The position numbers and the translations under genes were made by a program. A stretch of 64,000 nucleotides of DNA from the human T2T-CHM13v2.0 reference genome, Homo sapiens, in NCBI RefSeq assembly GCF_009914755.1, contig NC_060925.1. One strand, written 5' to 3'. The notes beneath the pieces were generated by a model. That model did not search any database. It saw only the letters and a list, made by a program, of their open reading frames with translations, and had not been told where the DNA came from. Of this stretch, positions 40,346 to 54,800 are shown piece after piece. Positions within the stretch are counted from its first letter, which is position 1. The number at the start of each line of letters is the position of its first letter.

Positions 40346-42371
40346 CCAAATATACACTTACTGACACATCACATTATGCATTAAAATTGTGACCACTTCT
40401 TTCCTATGAACACATGCCAATAAATCCACATAAAGGCACTCGGTAAGCTTATGCAAGTGAAGGCATAGATCTGTGCTCTCAAAAGTTTGTGATCTTCAGT
40501 TTTAATACATACAACAATCCTTACACAACTTGGTGATGTCATTGCTGGAATGTGACAATCTCAGATAGTAAATCTCTTTTTACTAGCAATATGAAAGACC
40601 ACGACCTTACCCTTAAATTTATTTGGCACCTACAGCGCATATTCCAAGTAAAGACCATTAAGTTCAACTTTTAAAGCCTTTTAAACTCAGATACAAAAAG
40701 GATTTCATTGTCAGGTCCCTGACTTGTGATTTAGCATGATAAAAGGCCTGGAAAAGTGGGAATGAAATGTTCATTCTTTCAGAGTTTTCTACAGGCCAGT
40801 TAAACTGCTGATTCATATGCTGAGAAATTCCTACTTAAATCCCCATGGTCAAAGTTATAAACACACAAAAATCATCTTACTGTCTGAGTGAAGTCTGGAA
40901 ACATACATTAGTACATCATAATACAGACACAATGAGCCACCTCATTTAAATATGTAGTTTTTAAAAAGTTTGCTAGATATTTAAAATGTGCCATTTCAAA
41001 TGCATGTAAATAATCAGTGAAAACTATCTTTGGCAAGGACATTCTTTACTCTTTTCTCCAAAAATTGAAATACATGATTCATAGGCATTGTAATGAGACA
41101 AGGAAAAATCAGGAATAGTTTTTAAAAATATGCCCATCATTGTGTTCAATGTATCTGTAGACTACAAAACACAGCAGTTCATACTCTAGTTTATTCAGTG
41201 CCCTTGAAACACAGGAATTCTCAGACTGTCAAAAGATGGAGCTCACTTTGGCCAAGGCCAGGCAGTGAGTTCAGCGCCTCCTACTTCCTGAGTGATTGCC
41301 GGTGTGGCTTCATGTTGGCCAGCCCTCTCCATTAAACACAGGGTGCAGGGAGGGCCTTGTTAGTCAGTGCTTCATGGCTGTTGAGACTGCAACAGCAAAT
41401 TGCACAGTTATTCCTATCCAATTTCTTTTCCTCCTGAAGGAACATGATGGGTCTGATTCTATACTTCACCACAGGACTATTTAAAGCACAAGTTAAAGCA
41501 CAAGTTAAAGTCTGGTTACCTTGACAACATGCCAAACCACTGTTGTCCCTTTCTAGACACATTCTTTTGCTTTGTAAAATGGGCCAAAAAATGTTTTCAA
41601 AAGTCTAGTTAATTTAACCATGGCCACATAATGCACTTTGTAGAAAAAAATAAACGATTGGAGGCGGGAACAAGAAGATTCATTAGGAAGGGTAAAATCT
41701 AAAGCTCTTTGAAGGAGAATATAATAAGAAAAATGAACACTATCCATTAATAGAATGCTTGAATTTGCTTCAGAGACTAAAGAAAATATCTGGAAAATTA
41801 ACAGAAATATTATTCATTTTTCTGTTTTAGGACTTTGTCAAACATGAAATAAGTAATTTCTTGAACTTCTTAAAGGCAAATGTTTTCTTTAGTATTTAGT
41901 TTATGCTTTTTTCTAACTGGTCAATGAAATTCTATACAATCAGAGTCTGTGAATGGGGAAAAGGGATGGCAAACCACAAACGAACGCAGGCTGGCAAAAC
42001 CTGACGGTACTATTTGTTTGAGGGAATTGTAGGAATGACATCTTCTGGGGCGAGCTTCTTTCTAGGTATGTAAAGCTAATGACAATTTTCAGTGATGTCA
42101 AGAGAACCAACTTATTAGTGTCTTCAACTGCAACAGTGAGTTAATAAATATTGTATTAGATAGATTTACATAGTCATTTCTACTAAATTTCTAACACTCG
42201 ATTCCAGCTGTGAAACAGGAATAAGCTCTTGTTATGACAAGGAAAGAGAAAATGTGAGTCTTCACCCAATTCCATGGCAAAAGCATATAGATGCTACAGA
42301 AATACCATATATGGCCGTAGGTTTAGCCTCAGTTCCTTAAACAAACCGGTATCTCACAAGACCAGTTTTAA

Positions 42372-42636
42372 CTTAGTGCAAAAATACAGTAAGATAGAAG
42401 GAGTATGTTCTAATTATTCGACAGTACAGTAGGGAAACTGTCATTAGCAGCAATTTATTGTGTATTTCAAAGCAGCTGCAAAAAAATTTGAAATGTTCTC
42501 AACACAAAGATAAGTGTTTGTGGTAACAGATATGCCAATTACTCTGATGTGATCAATACACATTGTATGCAGGTATCAAAATACAGCGTGTAACCCCAAA
42601 ATATGTACAACTATTATATATCAGTAAAAAAAAAAA
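42372..42636 (+). mobile_element. L1MA-like 3' end with A tail
   Basis: caatttattgtgtatttcaaa...gtaaccccaaaatatgtacaactattatatatcag plus A run. Confidence 0.8.
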
Positions 42637-45289
42637 TTTTAACGAGAGGAAAAAACTCAAAAAGCAAACTGAGAAGAAAAAAGCCAGGAAGTGAAAATAA
42701 GTATCAGACAGCACACTTGGGTGAAAAATGAAAGCTGAATTAGACAGTATCTGCTAGCCTCTATGTATATGGGTTCATTTGTTAAATTATTATTTTAAAC
42801 CCAGTAAGACAGAAACAAACTGTTTTGCACCCAATGCTGGGGGAAAGCAGGCTGTACAACATGAAAGAGAACAGCCGGGATATGATTCAGAAGCTCATAA
42901 GAGTCAGAGAAGAGGAAGGTCATCTGCAGGTCTCCAGAGAAGGTCTTTAGAAAGAAGCAAATCCATATTCTCTAAACGCACACAAGTTCTCAGTCCTGGT
43001 CCTTGAGTTTGAATCTAAATCCTGTTACTAAAAAGGGGGCTGACAAAGACTCCTCTGACATGACTGATCCCTTCCTACCTCTCCGACCTCATCACCTGCT
43101 CCTTACCATATAGACAGCGTCTTGTCCCTCCTACAGAACAACTGGTTCCCACCCAAGGAACTTTGCAGTTCCTAATCTCTTGCCTGGAAAGCTCCTCCCC
43201 TTCACCCAGAGGGTTGGCTTTTCCTCTTTTAGGGAGATGGCCCTAATTTTGCACTTATACATACATATGCATGTACATAAACACACATATCCCCTCAAAT
43301 AAACTATACTCAAGAGTTTGCACCAGTAGTTAGAATTATGCCTTGATTTTTAAGAGGCGTATAGAGTTTCCTACGGAAAAAGTTAATGTAGAAAAGCATT
43401 CTAAATAATAACTAAGGAAGGGCAACATATACACCTTACCACATAAATACAAAAGAAAGAAAAGTCTCACCCACCTCCTGCAAAAAAGTGAATGTTAGTG
43501 AACTGTTCTTATTTCTGATGGGCAAGAACAGGATATTACATTTAATTAATGTTTGAAGGATTTCTCACTGATTTATCATTTCATATAATTATGATATTTT
43601 ACCAATAACAAGAGCAAATGTACAAACGAATTAAGAAATATTGAACACTTTGCAAAGGAAGAAACAAAATAAACTAAGAATGCAGATCTTTAATGACTTC
43701 ATAACAAAGTAAAGATGATAACAGGATTATGAAGATATAAATGTCTCTTTCTTCTTTCTGTCACTAGGCAATACCAACCCTCACTCTAAGTAACAATCTT
43801 TGTGATATAGTATAAGTATATGCTCCTACTTAGGGTCTGGGAATAAAGCTACTCATGGAAAGCTAAGTAAGCATTTTATCCTTCCAAAATATTCTATAGT
43901 ATTATGTATAGGTGAACCCAAGTATAGGCAGGACCCAAGGCTCATCGCACTTAGTGAGGTAGGTTGTTCCAGTATTTACATGAGTCCTTAGCAACACCAA
44001 CTAGGGACTTAAGGAAGTACACAAACTCTTTAAGGCAGGAGCTTACAATCAGTCTATCCACTATGGAGAAAAGGGCTCCAGGCTTAGCCCAAATACAACA
44101 TCATTACCTCTTTGGTGTCAAGCCCATTACTAGAGGAAGACCAGTATCCTTTAATTAGCATCTCAGAAACCTAGGGGCTTGGTCTTACTCATTAGATACC
44201 TCCACGAGGCGTCAGGTACCCCTTCCCAACACAGCAGCTAAAATGTTACGCATACATTAAAAAATAGGTTACTGTGTGCCAGGCACTGAGGCACCTCTAC
44301 TTTATATGACTACTTTGAAGAAAAAATTTCGTTGCCAAAGTGAAGTTTAAAGCTAATTTGTGAAGCTCTTCCCACTGATGACATCCCACGATGGCTTAAC
44401 CATGACTTGTCTCCAGGGCAAGCAGAAGGAAAGCACACAGGGGAAGACAGCCCTGGAAAAAGTGGATGGACTGCCAGACAGATGCAGAGAGACTTGCAGG
44501 ACTTAACTTTTGAAGAGAGAAAATAACTCCAAGAGCAGGGTTTCTTATCATTCTTTTGGTCTGGTGAGTTTTTCTACGCAAGAGTCAGAGACCATTCCAA
44601 AGATTAAAGCTCTTTTGCAACTGTGGTAAACTCTCTGAAGACTTTTAATACATCTTGGAATTGGCATCCAGCTTGATTTATTACAAGAAGGAACACAAGA
44701 AATTAGATCTGATGTGGACGAGTCTGGACCAGTTAAATGGTCACCAACTGTAGTGTAAGAAGCCAAGGTTACAGGCACAATTCATGTAGGGGCCAGTTAA
44801 CTTTGCTAAGTCCTGTGGCTTCAAATTGCACTCATGAACCCAGCTGGTCATTTCAGACATTTCTACCTTTGGTATTAACATAATTTGTGGGCATGGATGG
44901 TGAGGGTGAGAGAAATGGAGTCAATACAACTCATTAACAAATTTGGAAAACACATGTCCCCAGATTGCAAGTGGCATTATTTATCCACAAACAGAACATT
45001 CTGATGACAACCTGTGATTGCAAAATATTAAATGTCAAAAAATAATTTTCTGAAATAATTGATAAATTTAGTCTCTCACTTTCTTAACCATTCAGAGTCT
45101 TAGTTTTTCATAATAGATCTTTAGGACTGGAGACAGGAAAATAAAATGCAAATTAGGTCATCCAAAATATGACTGGCTCTATATCTAATGAATTATAAAA
45201 CAGTAACAACTAAAACTTAGTTCCATGCCTGGAACTATTTTAAGTGCTTTACATGCATTAATTTGCCTAATTCTCTATCTCCTAAGAAA

Positions 45290-45430
45290 GGTTCACTCAT
45301 TCATTCATTATTCATTCAACAAATGTTTGTTGACTTCTTACCATGTTCTGGATACTGTTCTGGGCACACAGGGACACTTCAGGGAACAAAACAGATACAA
45401 ATCCCAGCTTTCTCGAGTTTGGAATGTATA
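45290..45430 (-). mobile_element. L2 3' end
   Basis: ttcactcattcattcattattcattcaacaaatgtttgttga. Confidence 0.75.
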
Positions 45431-47501
45431 GCCTCAACTTACAGGGACTTTTCTTTTACTTTCCAGTTGGGGAAGTTTAACACACACACATCCTCCTCTA
45501 TCCCCCAGTTGCATCTACATTTTCACTGCTTTGCTGTCCTGATTTTTGCGCATACAATTTTTTCAAGGCTAGTTTCAGTGAAATGAAGTCAGGTACATAA
45601 AACTCGAATGCCTACAGATTTTGATTACGCTTCAATGAAAGGGGGTGGGAAAGCCAGTTTTGAGTTGTGGTAAAAGCAAAGACTTCAAATCTCTGGAGGT
45701 TGCCACATGTGAAATGCCAGGGCCAATTCAGCCTGAAGTCCAATGACTCAAGTAATCAGGGAACTGGAAAGGCTTTGTGGTTTGAATACTCGATGACGGG
45801 GGTCAAAAGTCACTGGCTCTATTTCTGCTAACGTACTGACAGATTTTCTTGGCTTGAGTAACCCCTATCAGTTTTCTGAGCAACAACTCCCACAGAGTTT
45901 AATTACTGAATGATTCACAAGTATTTGCTGGACAACTGTCCTGGTCTAAATTAAGCCTCTTAAGATCCAGTGAATCTGCTCGGCATTATTGCAAATAAAT
46001 TCTTGAGAGCTAAAATCCCTTAGGTTAAAATATACATAAATACATACATGTGATCTAGTGATTTTAAGTCTATGCTTAAAAATACACAGATGTGTAATAC
46101 AGAGATAGATTTTTTGAAGGTGGTAGGAAGAACTATGATTATTAGAAAACACTAGAAAATTCAGAAAGGACAAGGGATTGAGATAAGTATGAGATGGAAA
46201 ATGGCAAGAAAATCCAGCTAGCAGTTACCATGAGAAGAGACTGGGGGTCAGAGGCCTGCTTTCTCATCCTAGCTGGAGGATCTGAGGCTAAGGGGCTTCT
46301 TCCAACTAGTGATGGGAGAAGGGGAGGTAGTTGGCTGGTTTCCTCTTTGGGAAAAAATGCAGAATTAGACTAAATTTATATACTTTTATGAGTCTTTTTT
46401 AAAAAGGAAAAATTCTCTGTGACAATTAAATTTCACTCATTTGACAAATACCTATTGAGCTATTCCTATGTAGTCCTTGGTGCTTTAATATATTTAGAGC
46501 AAAGGAGTATCAGTTAAGTGACATTCAGAGAACTGTCTCCTAAATGTGAAAACAAACTTTAACTCTGGATTTAACCTAAATACAATCAAATCCCTAAAAT
46601 TAAATTATGTCAATGAATCAGTTATAAGATCCTAGTAATTCACAAACCTTTCTGTAAACAAATATTCAGAAACTCAAGCAGTCAATATTCTTCAAAAAAT
46701 CTTCAGCTTAACATGGGCAGAGCCCAGAAGATTCTAAACAAGATGTGAAATGGAGCCTTAGCTATCCCATAGATCGTCTATCCCAAACGTAGGTCCTTTC
46801 CTATCTCAAGTGATCCTCCAAGTCTTCTCAAGCTCACAGTAGACAAAGCATTTCAACTATTTCTAGCGTAAGATAAAAATGGCCATAATTTCTAGTAATC
46901 TTTGCAAAAAAAACTGGCTTGACTCAAAGTTATACCAAAAAGTAAATTATTTTACAATGATTTATGCATCATTCAAGTTTTCAAAGGTTCTTAATTCTTA
47001 CTGAGTGGCTGTAGTCAAAGCATGATGCACTCTGATTTTTTTCTCTTTAAAAAGGTCAAGAAATTTTGGCCAATAAATCCATTTAAAACAACAAAAACGA
47101 AATGGAGAGGAACAGCTGAAAATAGCACCAGTAACAACTGCAAACAGTATTCTCTATAAATAAGCTATTTACCCACACACAAAAACCGAAGTCAGGTCAA
47201 CACGGTTGGCCTTTTCGTAATTAACATATAGTTGAGACAAGTTTCTCCTGAGAAAAGATTTTGCTTAGCAAGCAATAGATCTGAGTGCAGAAGAGTTTCT
47301 AAGTTTTATACGAAAAAAGTGCAACAATACGCCCTTTAAAGCCCAAATACTTCCAAATGATCAAAGAGTCAAAGATGATTAATGCTATTCAAGAAAAACC
47401 CTCACTGATTCTTTGCAAGTTCTACATGCATCAATATCATCAGTGGGCCCACCTCAGATTTCATACTCAGCGTAAAAAGCTCCAGGCTGGGGAGGACATA
47501 C

Positions 47502-47605
47502 CTGTTGTCTGTTGTTGGGCATGTAGGGAAGCAGGGTTGACACGTGGAACATGAGTTCGTAGTCTTTGTATGTGGTATAGAGAGAGTGCGTGCCCGTGGA
47601 ATCAG
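47502..47605 (-). CDS. SIPA1L2: SIPA1L2 coding exon, 104 nt, (T)[34 protein letters not shown]; RapGAP domain
   Basis: Acceptor ttttcag|CT, donor CAG|gtatgt; phase 1 to 0; [11 protein letters not shown] is a RapGAP hallmark. Absent from the ORF track and read manually. Confidence 0.96.
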
Positions 47606-48014
47606 CTGAAAACAAAGATGAATTACAGAAGCAAGGTAAGCTGCTACAAAATTAGTGCTTCGATATTTAAAAGGTTACTGTTGCAAAAACAAAAAACAAA
47701 AAACACCAAGCTCTACCCAACCAGTATCTGGATGCTGCCCATCCAGCTTTCATCAAGCACTGTTTCTACCACTCCCGCTCCAGGACTGTGGACTGAGAGG
47801 CTCCTTTCCTTCCCCACCGCTTTCTACTGCACCTTTAGTTTCCTCGCTTTTCTTCTCTGTTCTTGCCCTCACAGTGTGGATTTAGGTGATCCACTGAAAG
47901 CGAAGTGTTTTTGCCACCAAGTGCACAGGTGAGCAGTGGAGAAGAGAAGCTGGTCCAGGTCTGGGTGCAATTATCTGAAGGGCGTGACAAACTGGCAGAT
48001 GGCCTGGCCGCATC

Positions 48015-48065
48015 TGTGTGTGTGTGTGCGTGTGTGTGTGTGCGTGTGTGTGTGTGTGTGTGTGT
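48015..48065. repeat. (TG)n microsatellite; reads (CA)n in the pre-mRNA
   Basis: Directly visible. Confidence 0.97.
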
Positions 48066-51000
48066 TTACAGTTAATTCTTATTCTTGGCACTTGATCTTC
48101 CAGAACCCAGAAAAATGAAATAGGATTGATTGAATATGGAAATGAGAACAAAAAATGTTATTTTGAATATGTCTTTCCCTGAATGTAATTAATTTTTTTC
48201 TTTCAACAGGAAGTACATTGATACATCACATGAATGAAGAATATGGAGAATGAATGTGATCACTTACAGAATATTATCCAGTGACATATATGTTAAAAAA
48301 CTATGACATTTGAACCCCTATTAATCATAAAACTGTTCATCTTTTGAAAAGGAGAATGATTCTTTGTAAATTCAAACTCCATCTGTATTATCAATAAGAG
48401 TATCTCAGATTGAGTTTCACACATTGAAACTAACCTGCTGACTATAAAATAGTTAAGTAATTTTGGAGTAAAGTTCTGAATGACTTTTTGCACATGGATA
48501 ATGAAGACAAAAAGATACACAAAAAGGAAAATGTAAATGGAATTCAATTTCTTTGTCAATTCTTGATCTATACAGTCTTATTTCTCTACTTTTTAAGCAA
48601 CAAGAAACAGTGTTGTTAACATCATTTATTCCATTGTGTTTGTTGGGGAAACCTCTAAGTAGTCATTTTAAGTTAATCTTTTTTTAATCTAAAAATCTAA
48701 ATTTTTACTTTAAAAACACGAAAACATTCAACCTTCACGGACTTATTATATTCTTTCTGAACCCTGTAGTATGTCTTTCTAATATTCATATCCAATTCAG
48801 AAACAGACCTGAAAACTCTTTAGAAAAAATATCCTATAGAGTTCTTAGATGCTCCAAAAGACATTCATAAAAGGCATTTTCATGAATAAGGCGAATACTT
48901 AGTGTTTACATATAGTTACCAATAAATTAATTTACAGATGGAGAGAATATTCATCCAAAAAGTTATATATAAATCAGCCCCGCCAAAAAAAAATTCCTTT
49001 TAACTATTTATTAAACACATATATGTTATTTTCAAAGGACTTCTTAGAAAGTAACATTACATTTTAATTCTCTTGGCTCGGAACCTTGACAGTGAACGTG
49101 GCTCTGGATGTGAGCAAGCACAGTTTACAATCTCAGGGCAGGATGGATGCTCCTTCAATGAATAATGGACTCACTGATGACAAAACCAAAGGCTGGATGA
49201 TGAGAAGGCCTGGTATGTTCAATGACACCCATCACAACACTGCTGTCAGGGTGGTTCAAATTCGGAAAGAGAAATGCTGACTGATATTAGGTTTCAGATT
49301 TAGGAAATTGCAAGGAAGAAAGAAAGATGCATTGCGGGGGGAAAAGTACTTCTTAAAATGTGATAATAATATGTCTTTCTCAAGCCATACTAAAAGAGGA
49401 ATTTCTAAAATTAAATATTCTGAAAGTTTTTATGTCAAACATCAGCAAGGTAATGGAGAATGTAGACTAACAAGGCTTGTTGTTCTGGGGTTTGCTATAA
49501 ATATTTCTATTCAAAAAGGGATACAGGCTATCAATTTTATCATTCTCTGCACCTAGCTCAATAAAGGCTTTTCATGGCTGGGATTCTGTACTCTGCTCTA
49601 GTTAACAGAGCACCTTAGTGGCTCAAATCCCCTATGTTCCTATCCCATTTCATTTTGTGTTCAAGAGAGAAAACCCATTTCAGAGCTGAAAGGGAAATCC
49701 CAGATATTCTAGCCCAACATCCTGAACTTTCCTTGTGAGGAATCTGAGGCCCAGATTTGACCTAAGTCTTCTAACCAGAACTAAAGTCCCCCAAATTCTA
49801 GAAGGAAGATTTTTGTCTGTTCCTCGAAAGACATAATTTTTATCTGACCATTCTCCCATACCTAATTCTTACATATCTCCTCTCTACTAAAAGAATGTCA
49901 GACTTCCTTGCCATCTCACAGAATGCCTTGCTCATAAAAATAACTTACAGATTTATTATTAAAGTCAACATATCAAACTCTAGTTGTTACGTTCTCATCT
50001 CCTTGAGCTAAGGTGCTTAATACTACATCTGCAATGTATCAAGGATAAGGCCTCTGTCATCAAAATGCAAAGCCAATGTGAATTCTACATGTAGGAAAAT
50101 ACTTGGATTATCTACGTTGTAGTTTTACAGATGACACAGATCAGAAATTCTTTAAATGTTTTCTCAGTCCAATTCACTGAAGAGAGACAACACACAATCA
50201 CAGTAATAAGAGTTCACATCAGCAGTGGTTTTCCTGGAGGGACATCCTTAAGGACAGAATATCAGCATCTCTAGTGGGTGAATGGTTGTTTGCAGAAAAG
50301 AGGAGTTTGAAAAAAAAAAAGAAAATCAGAAAAGGTCTCATTCATCTTTCTTAAAATATATAGATATTCATATTTTGGGTACCATGAATTATGTCTGAGG
50401 CATGGGCATTATACATATAATGTAACAGTCAAACTCCAGCCCTGGCGTGTGTAGTGGACAACTAGGGGGCCCATGTGTGAGTTTACACCATCGCAGAGGC
50501 TTGTGAACTATCCTGTAACTGCTACTTTCAAAAACAGGTCTAAAAACAGAACTGACTATAGGCACCACCCTCATCCAGATGGAGTATCAGTGACAGTCCC
50601 AAGTTGAGCAGACTTGGGGACAGGGCTTGGTGACCAAGGAGAATAGAAGGCAGGAAGACACGGCATCAGGCCACCTCAGTTCCAATCCCAGCTCGGCCAC
50701 ACCCTGACGCTCCCACACAGAAAACTTCCACTTCACCATTCCTACTGGGAGTTGGGGCAAGAAGCTCCTTCAGATCCTCCAAGTTTAGACTATCTGTTCA
50801 TCTCTTTTCGTTCAAAGAGCAAGCACTTAGTTGTTTGATAATAAGCAGAATTTTCCAATATGCATCAAATTACTCTGCCTGCTATTTCAGATACTCATAG
50901 CAACTAAATAACAGCACAAAGATAAAATATATAGAACTTACAGACATCATGAGAAACATGATTATCTATGTGTAGATATTAGACAAATTCATGCATCCTA

Positions 51001-51115
51001 GGAGGGCATAAAGCCCATGTTTTGGATTGGTCAGTCAATCCGCCACTGTACAGCTAGTAGGTGTCCCACTCAAGGGGATCTAAATAAAATCCTTGAAAAA
51101 TAAGATGCATCAGCT

Positions 51116-51184
51116 TTTTTTTTTTTTTTTAATTTTAGATCCAGGGGGTACATGTGCAAGTCTGTTATAAGGGGATATTGTGTG
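51116..51184 (-). mobile_element. Extremely 5'-truncated primate L1 3' end (about 70 bp) with TSD
   Basis: poly-T plus agggggtacatgtgcaag; flanks aagatgcatcagcttttt and aagatgcattcgcttttt. Confidence 0.8.
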
Positions 51185-51658
51185 AAGATGCATTCGCTTT
51201 TTAATCACTGTTCCACCTCCCTGGTTAACATCATGAATCTGGAAATGAACAAAATAAGCCCAATAACACAGCATGAATGGATGTGTTAATATTTTGTCTC
51301 TTAGAAATAAATGCAGTGCTTGTCCTTGGTATACTGAAACAAGGGTGTAATAGAAGAGGTTAGGGTAAAAGAAAGAAGAAAATATTAAACAATTCTTCAT
51401 GAAACACTGGGGAATCTCTCTGCTGGTGTTACAAAGGAAAAAGAATTGACCCTTTGAGCTTACAAGGTGAAGCACATACCTCTTGAGAAATGTGTTTCCT
51501 TTGTTCATCTGAGGAAATCTAAACTCTATTCCAAATAAGCTTTCTAGGCTGCTTCTGGGGCCGGGAACAGGAGGGCATGTGATCACTTACTTGGATTTAT
51601 GAAGCATGCCTACCTTTGGAGAATTAAAAATGTGCACACACACAAACATTAAACTTAC

Positions 51659-51833
51659 TCTTATTGTCTAGCTGAGCTCGATATTTACTAAATCCTTTCA
51701 GTCGGACTCTCTGGCCCAGAAGATCAAGGAATTCTTCAAAAGCTGGTCCCGCCGTCTCATTGTTATACATCTCTTCCTCTGTGCTCTGGCCTGCTTTGCA
51801 ATAAAGGATCCCGATCTTGTGCTGAAAGCTCAG
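51659..51833 (-). CDS. SIPA1L2: SIPA1L2 coding exon, 175 nt, [25 protein letters not shown]...RAQLDNK; RapGAP domain
   Basis: Acceptor tttcag|CTG, donor AGA|gtaagt; phase 0 to 1; KIGILY and [10 protein letters not shown] RapGAP motifs. Confidence 0.96.
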
Positions 51834-54800
51834 CTGAAATGGGGGAGAAATATAATTACTTGGCAAAGCATATCAGACAAGCTAACTTCCAGTAAAATTA
51901 AAACTACAGAAGCTGAGAATTGTTCTAGGAAAGCATGCCAGAACAATTCCCATAAGTGAATAAGCAAAAGAGTAGGCAACTGCCACTGTGAAAGATGCTA
52001 CAAATAATAACCCAGAAACCCCAGAATACAGCTGGAGACATGTCAGAAACCCTAACAAATTAAATGTATGGCTGTGGCCATTTGGGATTTGCCAGGTTTC
52101 CAAAAAGGATAGGAAGTCAAGGTTCAAGTATCTACTTAAAAATAGAACTGTGGAAATACTTCATCTTACACACTTCATATAGTAATTAGGGTTATCTTCT
52201 AAGTCGGAAAGAAAAAAAGGCTACAAACCTTTAAGTTTTTCTCTGTAGTAATACCTTTTATTTCTTTATCTGAATTTTATATATTTCTTGTAAATATGTA
52301 AGACTATAAGGAAAAAACAAATCAAATTAAGGTCTGGTAAGGGTAGAATTCCAATGGAAATTATGATATATGTATACAAACATTAAAATGTTTTGTTGCC
52401 ATAAAAAAGTAACTCTGGCTTACAATTACATTCATTTGTTACATTTTTTACTATCTTGAAAACATCTGCTAAATATACAGTGTACCACAAAGAATCCAAT
52501 AGCAATTGAGGAGCTCCTGCTGTAATCCTATCTTACAGTCAATGCCAGGTTCATGTTGGAAGCCATGGGACTTCCTCCCAAGGCCAGTAAGAAACTGGAG
52601 GCATTTTCACACCTTTCTTATGTCCCCCAAAGAGGAACTGCTTCTCACTCATGCAATCAGAGCTCTTAATCTTACTACCAGCAATCTGAGCCTGAAAGGC
52701 TGACAGATTATCAGACATCGCCAATTCTCTAAAGACATCAATCCACAACACTGTTCACTTTTATTATCAAGCTGTAAAACAGAACCTTTAATCAAAATTC
52801 ATAGCTATCTTAGTAAAATAAGGCAAAATGATACTCATTTCCCTTGAGCAGCAAAATGATGACAGCAGTCTCATCCATATTATTACCTAATGACAACATA
52901 CTATGCAAGAAAGGCATGCAACATCTGCCTGGGTGACCTCAGCAGACATCAGGAAACATTTACCACATGCTGGATAAACTTAGAGTTGAGCAGGTAGAGT
53001 CAACTACCCATATATTCTGAATGCATTCCGATCTTGACTAAGTGCTATGAGAAGGCTATAAAAGGAAATATCACCTGTTTACAATCTGACTGAATCAGCT
53101 ACCTATACCGATGGATGCTATGGCATTGCAGTTCATGGGCCTTGGGACCCTGTCAAGGCCAGGAGATCCCCAACTGCATAGCGAGAAAAATGATCTGTAC
53201 CTTGAGTGTGGGGATATGAGATGGTGTGCATACACTACTCAATACCTAACATTATGAATTTATTGAGCTACTACTTTAGTAGGGTCAAGAAGAAAAATTT
53301 GTATTCACCCAGAGATTGAGGAATCAATGTTTCTGATCAACTCAATTATCTAAGTCAATGAGATACCACATTTACTGAGAATAGACAATCATCTTCAAAA
53401 AAATATTAAGTACAATAAAAATGCCTAACCTCATTTTATTGTAAACATTATTTGCTCCTGAGTGACTCAGAAGACATTTCAGGGTCTTAAAGTGCATTAG
53501 AGAAACTATTATGATCACCAATTATTACACAGATGTTCGTGACATCTGTGATTGTTGGAATCTATATGAATACTAAAATGTGGCCTGAAAATGACCACTT
53601 CCCATCATGGACAACGATGTTAGTTGACTTCTCTTTCACTGTGAGAAGAGGATTTCAGCTCCCTGGTTATTTGGCCCTGGCTGTAATTAGAGTCCACCGT
53701 TAATACCGAAGAATACTAACTCACTCCAGTGCCTGTGCATCTCAGTGTCCACTGCTTCCTCTGCACCCAGTAGAATTGCTGCACCATCATCCTCATCCTC
53801 GGAGGTCACTCTGCTCTGGTGGCTGCTGTCCCTGTTCGCCCATCCTCTATTCCTTTACCTCCTGCTCACCTGAGACCATTGCCAGTGCCATGTGCCACAT
53901 CATCTGAAGGCCATCTTTGTCTCCATTGCCCCAGCACGCAAAGGCAGCTTGCCTCAGTCTGCTCTGGCATCTGCAAGAGGAAACCCCTTCCTCTCCTCCC
54001 ATCCAGCTCTTAAATGAGGAGTCCTGGAGTAGAGCTGTTTGGGAGCCGAGGGTGTGCATGGTATGTCAAGCAGAACCGTCACCAGCCTGGCTCACTTCCT
54101 CTCTGACTCGGAGAGCCTTGTGGGCTTGCTATTTCTTGTGAACTCTCATTCAGGCAAAGGCCAAACAACTGGACAACTGAAATTTCATGAGACCTCATTG
54201 CTGACTGTTGTACTGTCAACTTCACACCCCTCTCTTCCCAGCCATCGGACACACCAGCCTGTGTCTAGATCCTAACAGGATCTAGAACAGGATTTGCATT
54301 TCCATCTAAGAAGCTCCTGGGCCCATGGGAATCAGTGGATGTGACTAAAGCAGATTTCAAGGCCCTCAGATGTCTTAGGACAGCTGCCATACTCTGGCTC
54401 CAAAGAAAACACCTTGCTACACACATGGAGTGACACAAGTTTACCACTCACAGGTATTTGCCAGTCATGCCTACTTTTGATCAGTTTGCCAGGTGAAACT
54501 TAGGAGACAGAAATCTCTCCAGTGACTCACAGTAAAGAATTGTGGCTTGTTTACAACAAGGGCTGATTCCAGTAAAACAAGAATGAAATGAATAATGAAA
54601 CAGAATGAAATGTTCAGTAAAGATATCTCTCTCACCAGAGTCTCTTTCAGAAACCTGGAAAACAACTGAAATGTGGTATCAACTAAATACTCCCGGGGTA
54701 TATCAGAAGGCTAGCAACATACTTCTTCAGCTCCATCATAATATGAAGTAAAGGAGGGACTCCAGATTCCATACACTTAACATTCCTCATTCTCTCAGAC

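Noticed and set aside
48190-49380. AT-rich, 3'UTR-like stretch starting with a T run, possibly a processed pseudogene; aatatgtctttc occurs near both ends
   Set aside because: I recognise no parent gene, the putative TSD does not abut the T run, and the frames contain stops. A BLASTN against mRNAs would settle it.
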